The notes under the pieces: generated by a model
The model's database searches: none
The model's input: the letters and a program-made list of their open reading frames with translations, nothing else
What the model was told of the DNA's origin: nothing
Program-made: the position numbers and the translations under genes
Assembly (NCBI GenBank): GCA_017502135.1
Contig: JAFVVP010000001.1
Span: 220,255 to 284,254 of the forward strand
Source: Clostridia bacterium
Lineage (GTDB): Bacteria > Bacillota > Clostridia > Oscillospirales > CAG-272
Length of the DNA: 64,000 bases
Reading direction: 5' to 3'
In this document: piece after piece, positions 18,380 to 28,120 of the stretch
Position numbering within the stretch: position 1 is the stretch's first letter
Layout: every line of letters begins with the position of its first letter

Positions 18380-19078
18380 TTATCTTTCCCACTTAATATC
18401 TTCTTTGAGAATTTTCGCCGGGGTCCCACCGATTAATAAATGATCGCCTTCGAATGATTTGACAACCAAGCTTCCGTAGGATACTACGCAGTCGTTGCCG
18501 ATGGTGACACCTTTTAAAATGTCGCTTTTGTTGCAAATCCAGACGTGATCCCCGATGAGGACCGGCTTGCGATCGGGTTGTGCAGTAAAATCCGCATCCT
18601 CCGTACGGCTGAAAACCGTATGTCCGTCGGAGTCTCTCACAACCACATCACCACCGAGCAAGCAATTTTCTCCGAAGGTAATTCCCGAAACGCAGGATAG
18701 TTTACATCCGTTGTTGCATGAGAATCCATTTCCGATAGTCATCGTGGCACCGTGCTTCACTAACAGGTTAAAGTGAGGAGCAAAGTGTGCTTTTCCGGCA
18801 AATACCAAACGGCAATCCGTATCTACTTCCAAAATGCTGGTTTTCGGATTATACGCTATGAGATCGGAAGAACCTCCGAAGCCGAGTGAAATCATAAACG
18901 TGTGCACAGGTCCGTTAATGATAACAGATCCGCGGCTGCACCCGCGTATCTTCACCCGTCTTGATACAGCAAAAGGCATACGGATTGCAGATTTAAAAGG
19001 GAGCAAGCGGAAGTTCAAATACAGAGTTTTGATAAAACTGAACCGTCCGGTCCATAAGAGAGATATTTTTTTAAACAT
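18380..19078 (-). CDS. hexapeptide-repeat (left-handed beta-helix) acyltransferase
   Basis: Hexapeptide repeats such as 'IGNGFSCNNGCKL','FGENCLLGGDVVV' and 'IGDHVWICNKSDI'. The ATG at 19078 is preferred because it abuts the upstream GT4 stop, whereas the track start at 19096 would overlap that gene by 16 nt. Confidence 0.75.
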   Translation of the reverse strand: MFKKISLLWTGRFSFIKTLYLNFRLLPFKSAIRMPFAVSRRVKIRGCSRGSVIINGPVHTFMISLGFGGSSDLIAYNPKTSILEVDTDCRLVFAGKAHFAPHFNLLVKHGATMTIGNGFSCNNGCKLSCVSGITFGENCLLGGDVVVRDSDGHTVFSRTEDADFTAQPDRKPVLIGDHVWICNKSDILKGVTIGNDCVVSYGSLVVKSFEGDHLLIGGTPAKILKEDIKWER

Positions 19079-19080
19079 AC

Positions 19081-20175
19081 CTATTCCCTCGAACAATCAA
19101 ATTGTGAAAGATCGCTGCAGAACGAGAGTATGTACGAGCGCCATTGCTCGGCGATGACTGATTTATCCAAAACGCCGTTCAGTTTCACGGCGTTTTCGCT
19201 CATGCGGGCGGCCAAAGAAGGATCGCTCAGTATCCGACGCATCGCATCTTCAAGTTGCTTTTGATCATCCAAATCCACCAGTATGCCGTTTTTGTTGCTT
19301 TGGATCATGTCCGTAGCACCCGATACGGAGGTGGAGACACAGGGGAGGCCGAGACACATGGCTTCGGCCAGGGCATTCGGCATGCCCTCATAATTAGAGG
19401 AGAGCACGAAAAGCCGTGCGGGACAAATTTTATCGAATACCATTTTTTCGCTTCCCGGAAGAAGTACGTAGTCTTCGAGCGACAAAGATGCGATAAGTTC
19501 TTCCAGTTCTTTTCTTGCAGGGCCCTCTCCGAAAATGGCCAAACGGAAATCCGGATATTCCTTATGTATCCCGGCAAACGCACGGATCAGCATGGCCTGG
19601 TTCTTCTGCGGCATCAGACGTCCGACCGAAACGATCAGATCCTCTTTGGAGGTGCGGAGCGCCTCGCCCTTGCGTTCGCCCAAAGAGAGCGGATTGTAGA
19701 TGACGGTGCTTTTCTTTTGTACCGCTTTGGAAAAATACTGTTTGTTGTGGTTGGTTTGAATGATGATCCCGTCCGCAAAACGGTACAGAAAATCGCGTGC
19801 TTTACGTATGAGCGGGTTTGCGGGAACAAAATGCGGGTCGTTTCGATCAGCTACAAGGACAGGGATCGGCAATCCTCGGGTGGAAAGGATCGCCATCATG
19901 TTGAAGACGGCGAGAAACGATACAACAACCGAAGAATTTCGGCGGAAAAATTTCCGCAGCCACAGAAGCCTTTTTAACAGACCGCCGTTTTCGGTCTCCT
20001 TACCTGCGCTTACGATCTCCACGCGGGGATCCGGCGGATAAAACAACTCTCGGTCATGGTATAAAACGAGCAAAACCTCGTGTCCTTTGTCTGCCAAATA
20101 TGAGGTCAGGTGAGAGACGACTCTCTCAGCACCGCCTTCCTCCAGGCTTCCGATAAAAAAAGTAATTTTTTTCAT
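19081..20175 (-). CDS. GT4-family (GT-B fold) glycosyltransferase
   Basis: Has 'KITFFIGSLEEGGAERV' at the N-terminus and the EX7E-type 'SNYEGMPNALAEAMCLGLP' motif. Confidence 0.85.
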   Translation of the reverse strand: MKKITFFIGSLEEGGAERVVSHLTSYLADKGHEVLLVLYHDRELFYPPDPRVEIVSAGKETENGGLLKRLLWLRKFFRRNSSVVVSFLAVFNMMAILSTRGLPIPVLVADRNDPHFVPANPLIRKARDFLYRFADGIIIQTNHNKQYFSKAVQKKSTVIYNPLSLGERKGEALRTSKEDLIVSVGRLMPQKNQAMLIRAFAGIHKEYPDFRLAIFGEGPARKELEELIASLSLEDYVLLPGSEKMVFDKICPARLFVLSSNYEGMPNALAEAMCLGLPCVSTSVSGATDMIQSNKNGILVDLDDQKQLEDAMRRILSDPSLAARMSENAVKLNGVLDKSVIAEQWRSYILSFCSDLSQFDCSRE

Positions 20176-20203
20176 GCTCCTACCTCACAATGGCGTACTG
20201 TTT

Positions 20204-21490
20204 TTATACTATACATTTCTTTTGCCCGAGGAGACGGGGGGGATGTTCTTTTTCGTCTGAAAATCGCAGAATATAGCCGATGATAAAGAAGTACAGCATC
20301 ATACCGAAGTAGGATTGCACAAAAGTGTTTGATATTGCAGCAATCATAAAAGGGAACAGCATGCATATGCCGACCTTAGTTACGGCTGTTTTGATGATTC
20401 TTATCCACAAAAGGAATCCTAAAATGCCCGTAGCACCCAAAATCAAAAAGAAATCGTTGTGGTAGCCGGTCGTTCCTTTATAAAAGTCCTCGGTCCTACC
20501 GTTTCCGCTTATGCCGGTTCCCCATAAAGGAGAGTGCCGGAAGCGATTCCAGAACACGTCTGCTCTCAGAAACGGTCTGGAGATACTTTCCGTGCCCGTA
20601 TCGTCGTGTTCGGCGTCGAAGATATCTGTGATCGTATCCATTCTGTCAAGGCTGATCTGGATATTTGGGTAACGTTGTACGAGTGAGCCCCACAACAGTC
20701 CCACTGCGAGAACGATGATGACGGCGATTGGAATGATTTTTTTGAGTAACTTTATATTGGTGTTGTTTTTCTTTACGATCCAAACAGTCAGATACGCCAA
20801 TATGAGCAGAGAGTGCAATAACTCACCGCGGCTGCTTACGATAATATCCGCAGCGATTGACAAAAGATACAACGAAGCCAACTTCAGGTTGGAAAGCTTG
20901 AGTTTGTCATATCGGTATAAAAGTACTACCAGTAAAAGAATCATATTGGTGATCAAAAGCGATGAGTTGGGGTTGCCGATGATGCCGCCGTTCCGGTAAT
21001 ATCCGTCAATAAACGTATCAACGGAAACGCTGTACAGCTTTACCATAAAGGACGGCGCTGAACGGCCGAGGAGTGCCAGCGTGCAGTTTATAACGACGTT
21101 GGCAACAAAACTCCAATAGGCGGCCATTCGTGCTCTTCCGCGGCAGGTGTAGCCATAATGTACACTGCCGATCATGAGAATCGTGCCGATAAGGATTTTG
21201 AAAAAGGTGGTTCTTGCGGATACACCGTATATGAGTGCTGACCAAAACTCACCAAAGCAAAGCAGGGCAGTGTAGGCAAACAGGCTTGTAAGTACTGGTT
21301 GAGCACCACCCAGTGTCAATCTTTTTCTGCTTATCCAATCCATAAGCATGAACAGAATGGACAAAAAGGCGATACCGTATGAGATTTTTATCGAAAACCC
21401 CAAAATTTTTACTACGGGCATTACCGCACAGTCGAAAATAAATATGGCGCACGGCCAGTTGGTCGGCCGCATTTTCAGTTTTATGTTCAT
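20204..21490 (-). CDS. wzy: Wzy-type repeat-unit polymerase / O-antigen-ligase-family membrane protein
   Basis: 428-aa AT-rich polytopic membrane ORF with a large loop before the last helices ('RPFLRADVFWNRFRHSPLWGTG'). Confidence 0.7.
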   Translation of the reverse strand: MNIKLKMRPTNWPCAIFIFDCAVMPVVKILGFSIKISYGIAFLSILFMLMDWISRKRLTLGGAQPVLTSLFAYTALLCFGEFWSALIYGVSARTTFFKILIGTILMIGSVHYGYTCRGRARMAAYWSFVANVVINCTLALLGRSAPSFMVKLYSVSVDTFIDGYYRNGGIIGNPNSSLLITNMILLLVVLLYRYDKLKLSNLKLASLYLLSIAADIIVSSRGELLHSLLILAYLTVWIVKKNNTNIKLLKKIIPIAVIIVLAVGLLWGSLVQRYPNIQISLDRMDTITDIFDAEHDDTGTESISRPFLRADVFWNRFRHSPLWGTGISGNGRTEDFYKGTTGYHNDFFLILGATGILGFLLWIRIIKTAVTKVGICMLFPFMIAAISNTFVQSYFGMMLYFFIIGYILRFSDEKEHPPRLLGQKKCIV

Positions 21491-21491
21491 G

Positions 21492-22646
21492 TTATTTTCT
21501 GCCTTTTAATCTTTTGCTCAGGGCCTTTATGGCGCCACGTGCACCGTGCCTTAATGTTTTTTTCCAGTGCAGGTAACCTATATCGAAATCAACAATCCGG
21601 TTTTCATTGCTTGGCGGTGGAGCATCTGTTTTTGTATGAAGATCGTATAAAAAGATTCCGGTTCCCCGTTCCCCATGAACGAGATTATTCTCGTGCGGCT
21701 TTACGGCAAGGGCGTATTCTTCGAACACTTTATACGGCAGTCTTCTCGTTGAAAAGAGGAGATCGGCTCCCTCGTACGTTTTTTTCTTGCCGTACAGGTC
21801 CAGGCATATTTTCTTCCCGGTACAAAAGGGTGTTTGGATATTCATATCTTTCCGCTCGAAAAACAGATCGTATTTTACCGAACCGTCAAGCGGACAGAAA
21901 GCGAACGTATCCTTCTCGCCTTCCTGCATAACGACGTGGTAGTCAGACACGTCGGCTTTGCAGTGCTCTCCGGCTATCGTGTAATTGGTCGTATAAGAAT
22001 AATAGGGGTAAATTACATATTTATCGGAGTCGGCGATGTAGTTCGTGAAATTCTTTTTCCAAGAGGTATCTTTCCATTTATTCACGTTATCCGGGATATG
22101 TTCTCTCGGCGCGATGAGTGCACACGAATAATATGGCGACGCTTTGAATGCCGCCCACATTTTTTTTGACCAGCATTCGCCCCACGATTGCGTAACCTGC
22201 ATGGCGTATACGTCATACTGTGTTTTTGCGGGATAAAACGGACGGGAAATGAATTCGTTTACCCCGTAGGCATAAAGGGAGATCTGTGCTACCCGTTCAT
22301 CGTTATCGTAATAATGCATTGCGGCTTTGGCATACCGGTAAAAATCCGGTGCTACCGTCAGATCGTCCTCAAGAACGATCACCCCGTCATACTGTTCGGA
22401 GAGTTCCCCGCAGGCGAGTATGTGGGGGCGCAGGCCCATACGGCTCTCGCGCATAATGATATTATAATTGCCGTGTTTCCAAACGGCATCCGCGCAGGCA
22501 TCGTATACCTCTTTTTGACAGTGGCTTTTATCGATACTGACGATAAGATCCACCGTGTCGCCGTCAAATCGGGCACGGATGATGGAGTCAACTAAACGAC
22601 GTGTTTCTTTGGGACGGCTGTAAGCAACAACGACCACTGCAATCAT
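21492..22646 (-). CDS. GT-A-fold glycosyltransferase
   Basis: Has 'IAVVVVAYSRPKETRRLVDSI' and the DxD-like 'VLEDDL' motif. 384 aa. Confidence 0.65.
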   Translation of the reverse strand: MIAVVVVAYSRPKETRRLVDSIIRARFDGDTVDLIVSIDKSHCQKEVYDACADAVWKHGNYNIIMRESRMGLRPHILACGELSEQYDGVIVLEDDLTVAPDFYRYAKAAMHYYDNDERVAQISLYAYGVNEFISRPFYPAKTQYDVYAMQVTQSWGECWSKKMWAAFKASPYYSCALIAPREHIPDNVNKWKDTSWKKNFTNYIADSDKYVIYPYYSYTTNYTIAGEHCKADVSDYHVVMQEGEKDTFAFCPLDGSVKYDLFFERKDMNIQTPFCTGKKICLDLYGKKKTYEGADLLFSTRRLPYKVFEEYALAVKPHENNLVHGERGTGIFLYDLHTKTDAPPPSNENRIVDFDIGYLHWKKTLRHGARGAIKALSKRLKGRK

Positions 22647-22649
22647 GGC

Positions 22650-23165
22650 TTAACCTCTTCCTATAAAAATCTCTCTGAGGGCTTTATCTTTTTCCTTGGA
22701 CGACAAGTGTCCCACGTGGAGAGATTGTTTTTGCAGCTTTTCAAAATAGGAATCTGTGTCTCGGATTATTCTTGCCGGATTACCGGCAACAACACTATTA
22801 TCGGGGATGTCTTTGGTGATGACGGAACAAGCCCCTACAACAACATTGTTTCCGATGGTAACACCGGGGAGGATGGTCACATTCACGCCGATATATACAT
22901 TGTCACCGATCGTTATGGGTTTTGTGATCTCTAAATCCGGGACTCTGTCGCGGAACAAAAGCGTGCCGCCGTCATGCGTAATGAAGCATATATTATTGGT
23001 CAAATAAACATTGCTTCCAATGGAAATAATCCACGGCTCGGAGCCATAATGCATTGTGCCGTATATCTTCACGTTGTTTCCCAGATGAACTCCCATTTTA
23101 CGGGCGTACTTTATGGGTTTGAAGAGCTGAAGATATTTCATAAAAACTGTTTTCACCAAGTTCAT
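22650..23165 (-). CDS. hexapeptide-repeat acetyltransferase (tandem copy B)
   Basis: Has '[48 protein letters not shown]'. The ATG at 23165 avoids the 19-nt overlap implied by the track start at 23186. Confidence 0.8.
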   Translation of the reverse strand: MNLVKTVFMKYLQLFKPIKYARKMGVHLGNNVKIYGTMHYGSEPWIISIGSNVYLTNNICFITHDGGTLLFRDRVPDLEITKPITIGDNVYIGVNVTILPGVTIGNNVVVGACSVITKDIPDNSVVAGNPARIIRDTDSYFEKLQKQSLHVGHLSSKEKDKALREIFIGRG

Positions 23166-23167
23166 AC

Positions 23168-23689
23168 TCAAAATACCTTTGACCAAATTTGTTGTTTTTG
23201 TCTGCTCGACATTCCTTTTGTATCCAGCACGGAGTCTCTTTTGTCTGCCAAGTACGCCTCAACCGTTTTAATCGGTTTTGCAGGCACTCCGACCGCTACA
23301 AAGCCGGAGGGAATATCTTTGTTTACAACGGAGCCGGCACCGATAATGACGTTATCGCCTATAGTCACACCGCCGAGAATCGTGGTGTTGGTGCCAACGA
23401 ACACATTGTTGCCGATCGTTACTTTTTGAATGATATCCGCTTTTTCGAGTGTTTTGTCCAGCGAGCGGGCTACCCACAGTGCGCCATCGTGCGTGATGAT
23501 TTGCACACCGTTGGTAAGCTCTACATGATCGCCGATATGAATGGCCCATGGTTCGGAACCGAACAGTTCGAGCGGGTTGCCGATGAATTTGCAGTTTTTA
23601 CCGAACGTTACGCCTAAAATTTTAGCGGCGGCAATATTATTGCGCAAAATAGCATGGAAACCACGAGCTGCTAATCTTCTGATATTCAC
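23168..23689 (-). CDS. hexapeptide-repeat acetyltransferase (tandem copy A)
   Basis: Has '[49 protein letters not shown]'. It aligns along its whole length with 22650..23165. Confidence 0.8.
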   Translation of the reverse strand: MNIRRLAARGFHAILRNNIAAAKILGVTFGKNCKFIGNPLELFGSEPWAIHIGDHVELTNGVQIITHDGALWVARSLDKTLEKADIIQKVTIGNNVFVGTNTTILGGVTIGDNVIIGAGSVVNKDIPSGFVAVGVPAKPIKTVEAYLADKRDSVLDTKGMSSRQKQQIWSKVF

Positions 23690-24834
23690 TGGGATAACTC
23701 TCCTACGTTACACTTTGTGAGACTGATAAAAAATTGGCTGAGTTTTTCCTCGTAATTTCGTCGGGAATATTTTTTCTCACCATAAGCAAAGGATTCTTTT
23801 TTCATAGTCCGGATTTCTTCTTCGGACATTTCGGTGATGCGGAGCAGTGCTTCTTTTACCGTGTCGGTGTCGTAAGAGCCGATTTTTATGCCGTTGACAC
23901 CGTCCTTAACATCTTCATCCGCGCCGCCAATCGCATTACAGAATACCGGAGTTCCGGTGTAAAGGGCTTCTGCTACTTTCGTGGAATAACCGGCCTTTGC
24001 ATACCGCGCTTCACGGCGGAGGAGTACGGTAAAATCGTGCTCCCGCAGCGCGGCCAGCACTTCTTCCCGGGACATTCTGGGGCAATAGTGAATACCTTTC
24101 TGTTTTAAGGATTCGCTATCCTCGGGAATAGGCGCTCCGATCAGAGTCATCTCAACGCGCACGCTGTCGCGGTTGATTTCTTTGACAGCTGCAAGGAAGT
24201 TGTACAACTCGTCCTTTTTGGAGGGGCTGCCTGCGTAAAAAAAGCGAGGGTGGGAATTACGGGACGTATTGGGAATCGGGTCTTCAAGGAAAACAGGCGG
24301 TACGGTAATGGTAGGGACCTTATCCTTGTAATAGTTTTCAAGATACGGACTTATGGCGATAATACCGTCGAATTTGGGATCCAAAAACCGTATGCGGCGA
24401 TCGACCAGCCATGCGAACACGGAAGCTGCAAGGTTTTTTGCCGGATGAATCTCATACCATTCGGTAACGTCGCCGATTACTGCGATTTCGTGTTTTCGGC
24501 AGAACTTAAGCACTTTTTTTGCCGTTAGGGCGGAGGCGTTGTACAGAATCACGCCGTCATAACGTTCTTTTTTTAAAAGCGTTTTCAGCCGTCCGACAGC
24601 AAGACGCCCAAAAAACCATTCGAGCCACATGGAGATCTTGCCCGTATTGTCATCAAACACGCCGTAGTATGTGCTGCCGTCTCGGGTGAGTTTTCCGTCG
24701 GGGCACGTCCCCTCTTGGCAGATATAGTCCACAGTATGTCCTTCTGCGCGCAGTGCTTCGCCCACATTATATACGCGGATGCTTGCCGCATCCGTCAAAA
24801 AGCAGTTCACTCTGCCGAGATAGACAAGTTTCAT
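23686..24834 (-). CDS. GT4-family glycosyltransferase
   Basis: GT-B layout with the C-terminal 'GYSTKVAEALYTGTPVF' EX7E-like motif. A 4-nt overlap links it to the downstream acetyltransferase. Confidence 0.75.
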   Translation of the reverse strand: MKLVYLGRVNCFLTDAASIRVYNVGEALRAEGHTVDYICQEGTCPDGKLTRDGSTYYGVFDDNTGKISMWLEWFFGRLAVGRLKTLLKKERYDGVILYNASALTAKKVLKFCRKHEIAVIGDVTEWYEIHPAKNLAASVFAWLVDRRIRFLDPKFDGIIAISPYLENYYKDKVPTITVPPVFLEDPIPNTSRNSHPRFFYAGSPSKKDELYNFLAAVKEINRDSVRVEMTLIGAPIPEDSESLKQKGIHYCPRMSREEVLAALREHDFTVLLRREARYAKAGYSTKVAEALYTGTPVFCNAIGGADEDVKDGVNGIKIGSYDTDTVKEALLRITEMSEEEIRTMKKESFAYGEKKYSRRNYEEKLSQFFISLTKCNVGELSQ

Positions 24835-24852
24835 GCTGTTCTCCTCTGTCAG

Positions 24853-25977
24853 TTAAATAGTGTCGCTTTTTACGAGGTCATTTACCGTATCCACATATGC
24901 ACGTACTACTCTTTCTCGCGAATAGGATCTCTCCACCAGTTCGCGGGAACGCACGCCCATGGCGGTGCGTTCTTCTTCGGGAAGAGCTAAAAACTGTTCA
25001 ATGCATTGTACAAGACCGTCGGTGTCGCCTGGCTTGCACACGTAGCCGTTTGCGTTTTCCGTGAGGCATGCACAGCCCGGGATCGCGGTGGTGATCAGTG
25101 CACGTCCGATCGCAGCGGTTTCGAGCAGAACGTTGGACATTCCCTCGCCGTATTTGGACGGCAGAATAATCGCGTCGGAGGCGACGATCCACGGGAGTAC
25201 GTCACTTTGCGGTCCCCGATAGAGGACATGCCCCTTTTCCTCTTCGGTGCGGAGCAGTTCAATGAGTTCCGTCTCGTCGTTTTCGACGAAGCCCAGGATG
25301 TTAAATTCGCACTGGGGGTGGTTTTCCTTGATCCGACCGGCTGCCTCTACATATTCGAGGATGCCTTTGGTGCGCATAACGCGGCCTATGTAGTTGAACA
25401 CAACTTTGTCCGACGGCTTTGGCGGATGGTAGGAAAATCTGTTAAGGTCCACGCCGGAGCCGGGAATCAGTGAGGAATTGTATTCCGTGCAGATCTTTTT
25501 TTCTAAAAACAGTTCACGGTTTTCCTTGTTCTGGAAGAATACCCGCGTCGTTTTTCTAAGGGAAATTTTGTACAGGAGAGTGACGAATTTCTCAAGCAGA
25601 GTTTCTTTTTCGTGCATGCTGCTTCCGATGCCGGTAATGTTGTTAACGAAAGGAACTTTGAGAAAGGATGCTGCCATGCCGCCGTAGATGTTCGGCTTGA
25701 TGGTGTAAAGAAGTACCACGGATGGCTTGTGCTTTTTGATCGCTTTTACATAACGAAGCAAAAGTCCAAAATCCTTGAATGGGTTACAGCCGTGGCGATC
25801 CATTTCTATATCTTCGGCAATAATGTTTTCGCTTGTTATTTCCGCCGTTCTGTCTCCTAACGGATACAGCAGTACGACTCGGTATCCTTCTTTCTCCAGC
25901 CCCAAAATGACTTGCTTTCTGAAACAAAGAACGTCGTCCTCGTGGACGTTGATCATTAAAATGGTTTTCTTGCTCAT
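24853..25977 (-). CDS. GT4-family glycosyltransferase
   Basis: Has 'KYGEGMSNVLLETAAIGRALITT'. This type commonly follows PglC-like initiating transferases. Confidence 0.8.
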   Translation of the reverse strand: MSKKTILMINVHEDDVLCFRKQVILGLEKEGYRVVLLYPLGDRTAEITSENIIAEDIEMDRHGCNPFKDFGLLLRYVKAIKKHKPSVVLLYTIKPNIYGGMAASFLKVPFVNNITGIGSSMHEKETLLEKFVTLLYKISLRKTTRVFFQNKENRELFLEKKICTEYNSSLIPGSGVDLNRFSYHPPKPSDKVVFNYIGRVMRTKGILEYVEAAGRIKENHPQCEFNILGFVENDETELIELLRTEEEKGHVLYRGPQSDVLPWIVASDAIILPSKYGEGMSNVLLETAAIGRALITTAIPGCACLTENANGYVCKPGDTDGLVQCIEQFLALPEEERTAMGVRSRELVERSYSRERVVRAYVDTVNDLVKSDTI

Positions 25978-26049
25978 CGTTCAGTCTCCGTATTTCTTTA
26001 CATATTAAAGATTGTCCGTTTGTAAGCCGGTATAGGGTGTTGTTCAAAA

Positions 26050-26745
26050 TCAAACTTTAAGCAGTTCTTTCGCCTCGGCTTGCTTTTCGTCGTACGTTTC
26101 TTTATCCACTTTGCCTTCCAGCATCAGCCAATCCCCAAAATCCATATCCGAGGCGGTACCTTCTCGGACCGTGTCGCTTCTTTTGAGAACCTTGCCGACC
26201 GTTTGGAGAATAATCTTAACGTCTCCCCAAAAGGTAATTTTTGCGTCTATGTACAGAAGATCGTACTCCATTTTCTGTTCCCATGTAATATTATTGCGGC
26301 CGTTCACCTGCGCGAGGCCGGTCAGTCCCGGACGTACGTCATGGCGGCGGCGCTGTTCGTCGGTCATGAATACGCAGTCGCGAACGAGAAAGGGGCGGGG
26401 GCCCACGATCGAAAGATCACCGAGGAGAATATTCCAAAGTTCCGGCAGCTCATCAAGCGAGGTGGAGCGGAGGAGCTTGCCGTATGTATTGAGACGGATC
26501 TCGTCGGGTAAAAGATTGCCGTCTTTGTCTTTTGCCGAGGACATGGTGCGAAACTTTACAAGCTTGAAGATCTTTTCATTTCCGTCATCGCCTTTTTTTC
26601 CGGGTCTCAACTGTGTAAAAAAGGGGTTTCCCTGCATGGCAATTGCACCGATTACCGTCAGGATGAGAAGAAGCGGAGACAGAACGATCAGTGCCATGAG
26701 GGAGAGGAAAAAGTCGAGCGGTCTTTTGAAAAATTTAGCGTACAT
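26050..26745 (-). CDS. small (PglC-type) initiating undecaprenyl-phosphate sugar-phosphate transferase
   Basis: Single N-terminal reentrant helix with the bacterial sugar transferase motifs 'DELPELWNILLGDLSIVGPRP' and 'RPGLTGLAQVNGR'. 231 aa. Confidence 0.85.
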   Translation of the reverse strand: MYAKFFKRPLDFFLSLMALIVLSPLLLILTVIGAIAMQGNPFFTQLRPGKKGDDGNEKIFKLVKFRTMSSAKDKDGNLLPDEIRLNTYGKLLRSTSLDELPELWNILLGDLSIVGPRPFLVRDCVFMTDEQRRRHDVRPGLTGLAQVNGRNNITWEQKMEYDLLYIDAKITFWGDVKIILQTVGKVLKRSDTVREGTASDMDFGDWLMLEGKVDKETYDEKQAEAKELLKV

Positions 26746-26764
26746 ATGTAATCCTCGTCAAAGT

Positions 26765-27991
26765 TCAGCAAAAACAGCTTTTGATGATTTCAATGACCTT
26801 TGCCTGCTCTTCAGCGGTCATCTTGTTGTCGCTGGGTAGGCAGAGTCCGCGCTCAAAAATATCCGCACCGACGTCTGCACCTGCGCCTGCGATATACGCG
26901 TTCGTTCTGCCGCGGCCGTTGCCCTCTTTCGTGATAAACGGATGCATGCGATATATCGGCTGCATATGCATCGGCTTCCAGATCGGCCTGCCTTCGGCAT
27001 TATACTTCGCAAGCGTTTCAAGAATTTCGCTCGGACAGGTCTTTCCTGATTCCTTGATAAAGCAGGCATCCTTGTCGCTTCTTACTTGACGGCACATAGC
27101 ATCCTTGTCGATGAGAAGACAGGAGAGCCAGAAGTTCGGTTCCATGATTGCTTCATCGTACGGATTCATCGTAACGGGCAGGTCTTTGAAACCCTGTTTG
27201 TATCTTTCGTAGATAGCTTTTTTCTGGGCAATGTGTTCTTCCAGATGCGGCATCTGGCCACGGACAACACCGGCTATGACGTTGCTCATGCGGTAGTTGT
27301 AGCCGACTTCTTCGTGTTCGTACCAGGGCGCATTCTCTCGGCTTTGCGTTGACCACTTGCGCGCCTTGTTTGCCGCCTCGCCGTCGTCGGTCAGAAGCAT
27401 GCCGCCCGAGGATCCCGTGATGATCTTGTTGCCGTTGAAGGAGATCGCGTTATATGTACCGAACGTGCCGGTCTGGCTTCCTTTATAAGTGGCGCCGAGC
27501 GATTCTGCGGCATCTTCGATAAGGATAGCGCCGTGCTCCTCTGCGATCGCACAGATCTCGTCAAACTTGGCGGGCGTTCCGTAAAGGTTCGCAACGACGA
27601 TCACCTTGGTGTCCGGGTACAGTTCGAACGCTTTTCGGAGTGCTGCGGGATCCATATTCCAGGTGTCGTATTCCGTGTCAATGAAGATGGGGTTTGCTTT
27701 TTCATAGAGCACCGGATTCACCGTGGCTGCGAATGTCATATCGGTGCAGAACACGTTATCTCCCGGCTTCACCCCCGCGAGCTTTACGGCAAGGTGAAGT
27801 GAAGCCGTGCCTGAGGAAAGCGCCACCGCGTGTTTTACGCCGACCTTCTGGGCGGCCAGCTGTTCGATTTTGTTTATGTTTTCCCCGACGGTGCTCATCC
27901 AGTTCGTTCTGTACGCTTCTTCAACGTACAAGATTTCGTCGCCGTGCATGGTGGGGGTGGAAAGCCATATCTTCTTTTCAAACTTTTCCAT
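26765..27991 (-). CDS. DegT/DnrJ/EryC1/StrS-family nucleotide-sugar 4-aminotransferase
   Basis: Fold-type-I sugar aminotransferase layout ('SSGTASLHLA','DAAESLGATYKG','ISFNGNKIIT'). The ATG at 27991 ('MEKFEKKIWLSTPTMHG') is preferred because the operon promoter lies inside the track's N-terminal extension. Confidence 0.85.
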   Translation of the reverse strand: MEKFEKKIWLSTPTMHGDEILYVEEAYRTNWMSTVGENINKIEQLAAQKVGVKHAVALSSGTASLHLAVKLAGVKPGDNVFCTDMTFAATVNPVLYEKANPIFIDTEYDTWNMDPAALRKAFELYPDTKVIVVANLYGTPAKFDEICAIAEEHGAILIEDAAESLGATYKGSQTGTFGTYNAISFNGNKIITGSSGGMLLTDDGEAANKARKWSTQSRENAPWYEHEEVGYNYRMSNVIAGVVRGQMPHLEEHIAQKKAIYERYKQGFKDLPVTMNPYDEAIMEPNFWLSCLLIDKDAMCRQVRSDKDACFIKESGKTCPSEILETLAKYNAEGRPIWKPMHMQPIYRMHPFITKEGNGRGRTNAYIAGAGADVGADIFERGLCLPSDNKMTAEEQAKVIEIIKSCFC

Positions 27992-28091
27992 ATTCAGTAC
28001 CCCTTGTCCGATAAGATGTTTCAAGTTTTTCTCAAATACCGTAACAGTATATTCCCGAAAGCAAAAGAGCATTCTAATCCCAATTATATTT

Positions 28092-28120
28092 ATTATATCA
28101 TATCTTGATAAGTAATTCAA
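28092..28120 (-). promoter_or_regulatory. sigma-A promoter of the polysaccharide operon
   Basis: Minus strand reads TTGAAT (28120..28115), a 17-nt spacer, then an extended -10 TGaTATAAT (-10 at 28097..28092), about 95 nt upstream of the ATG at 27991. Confidence 0.7.
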
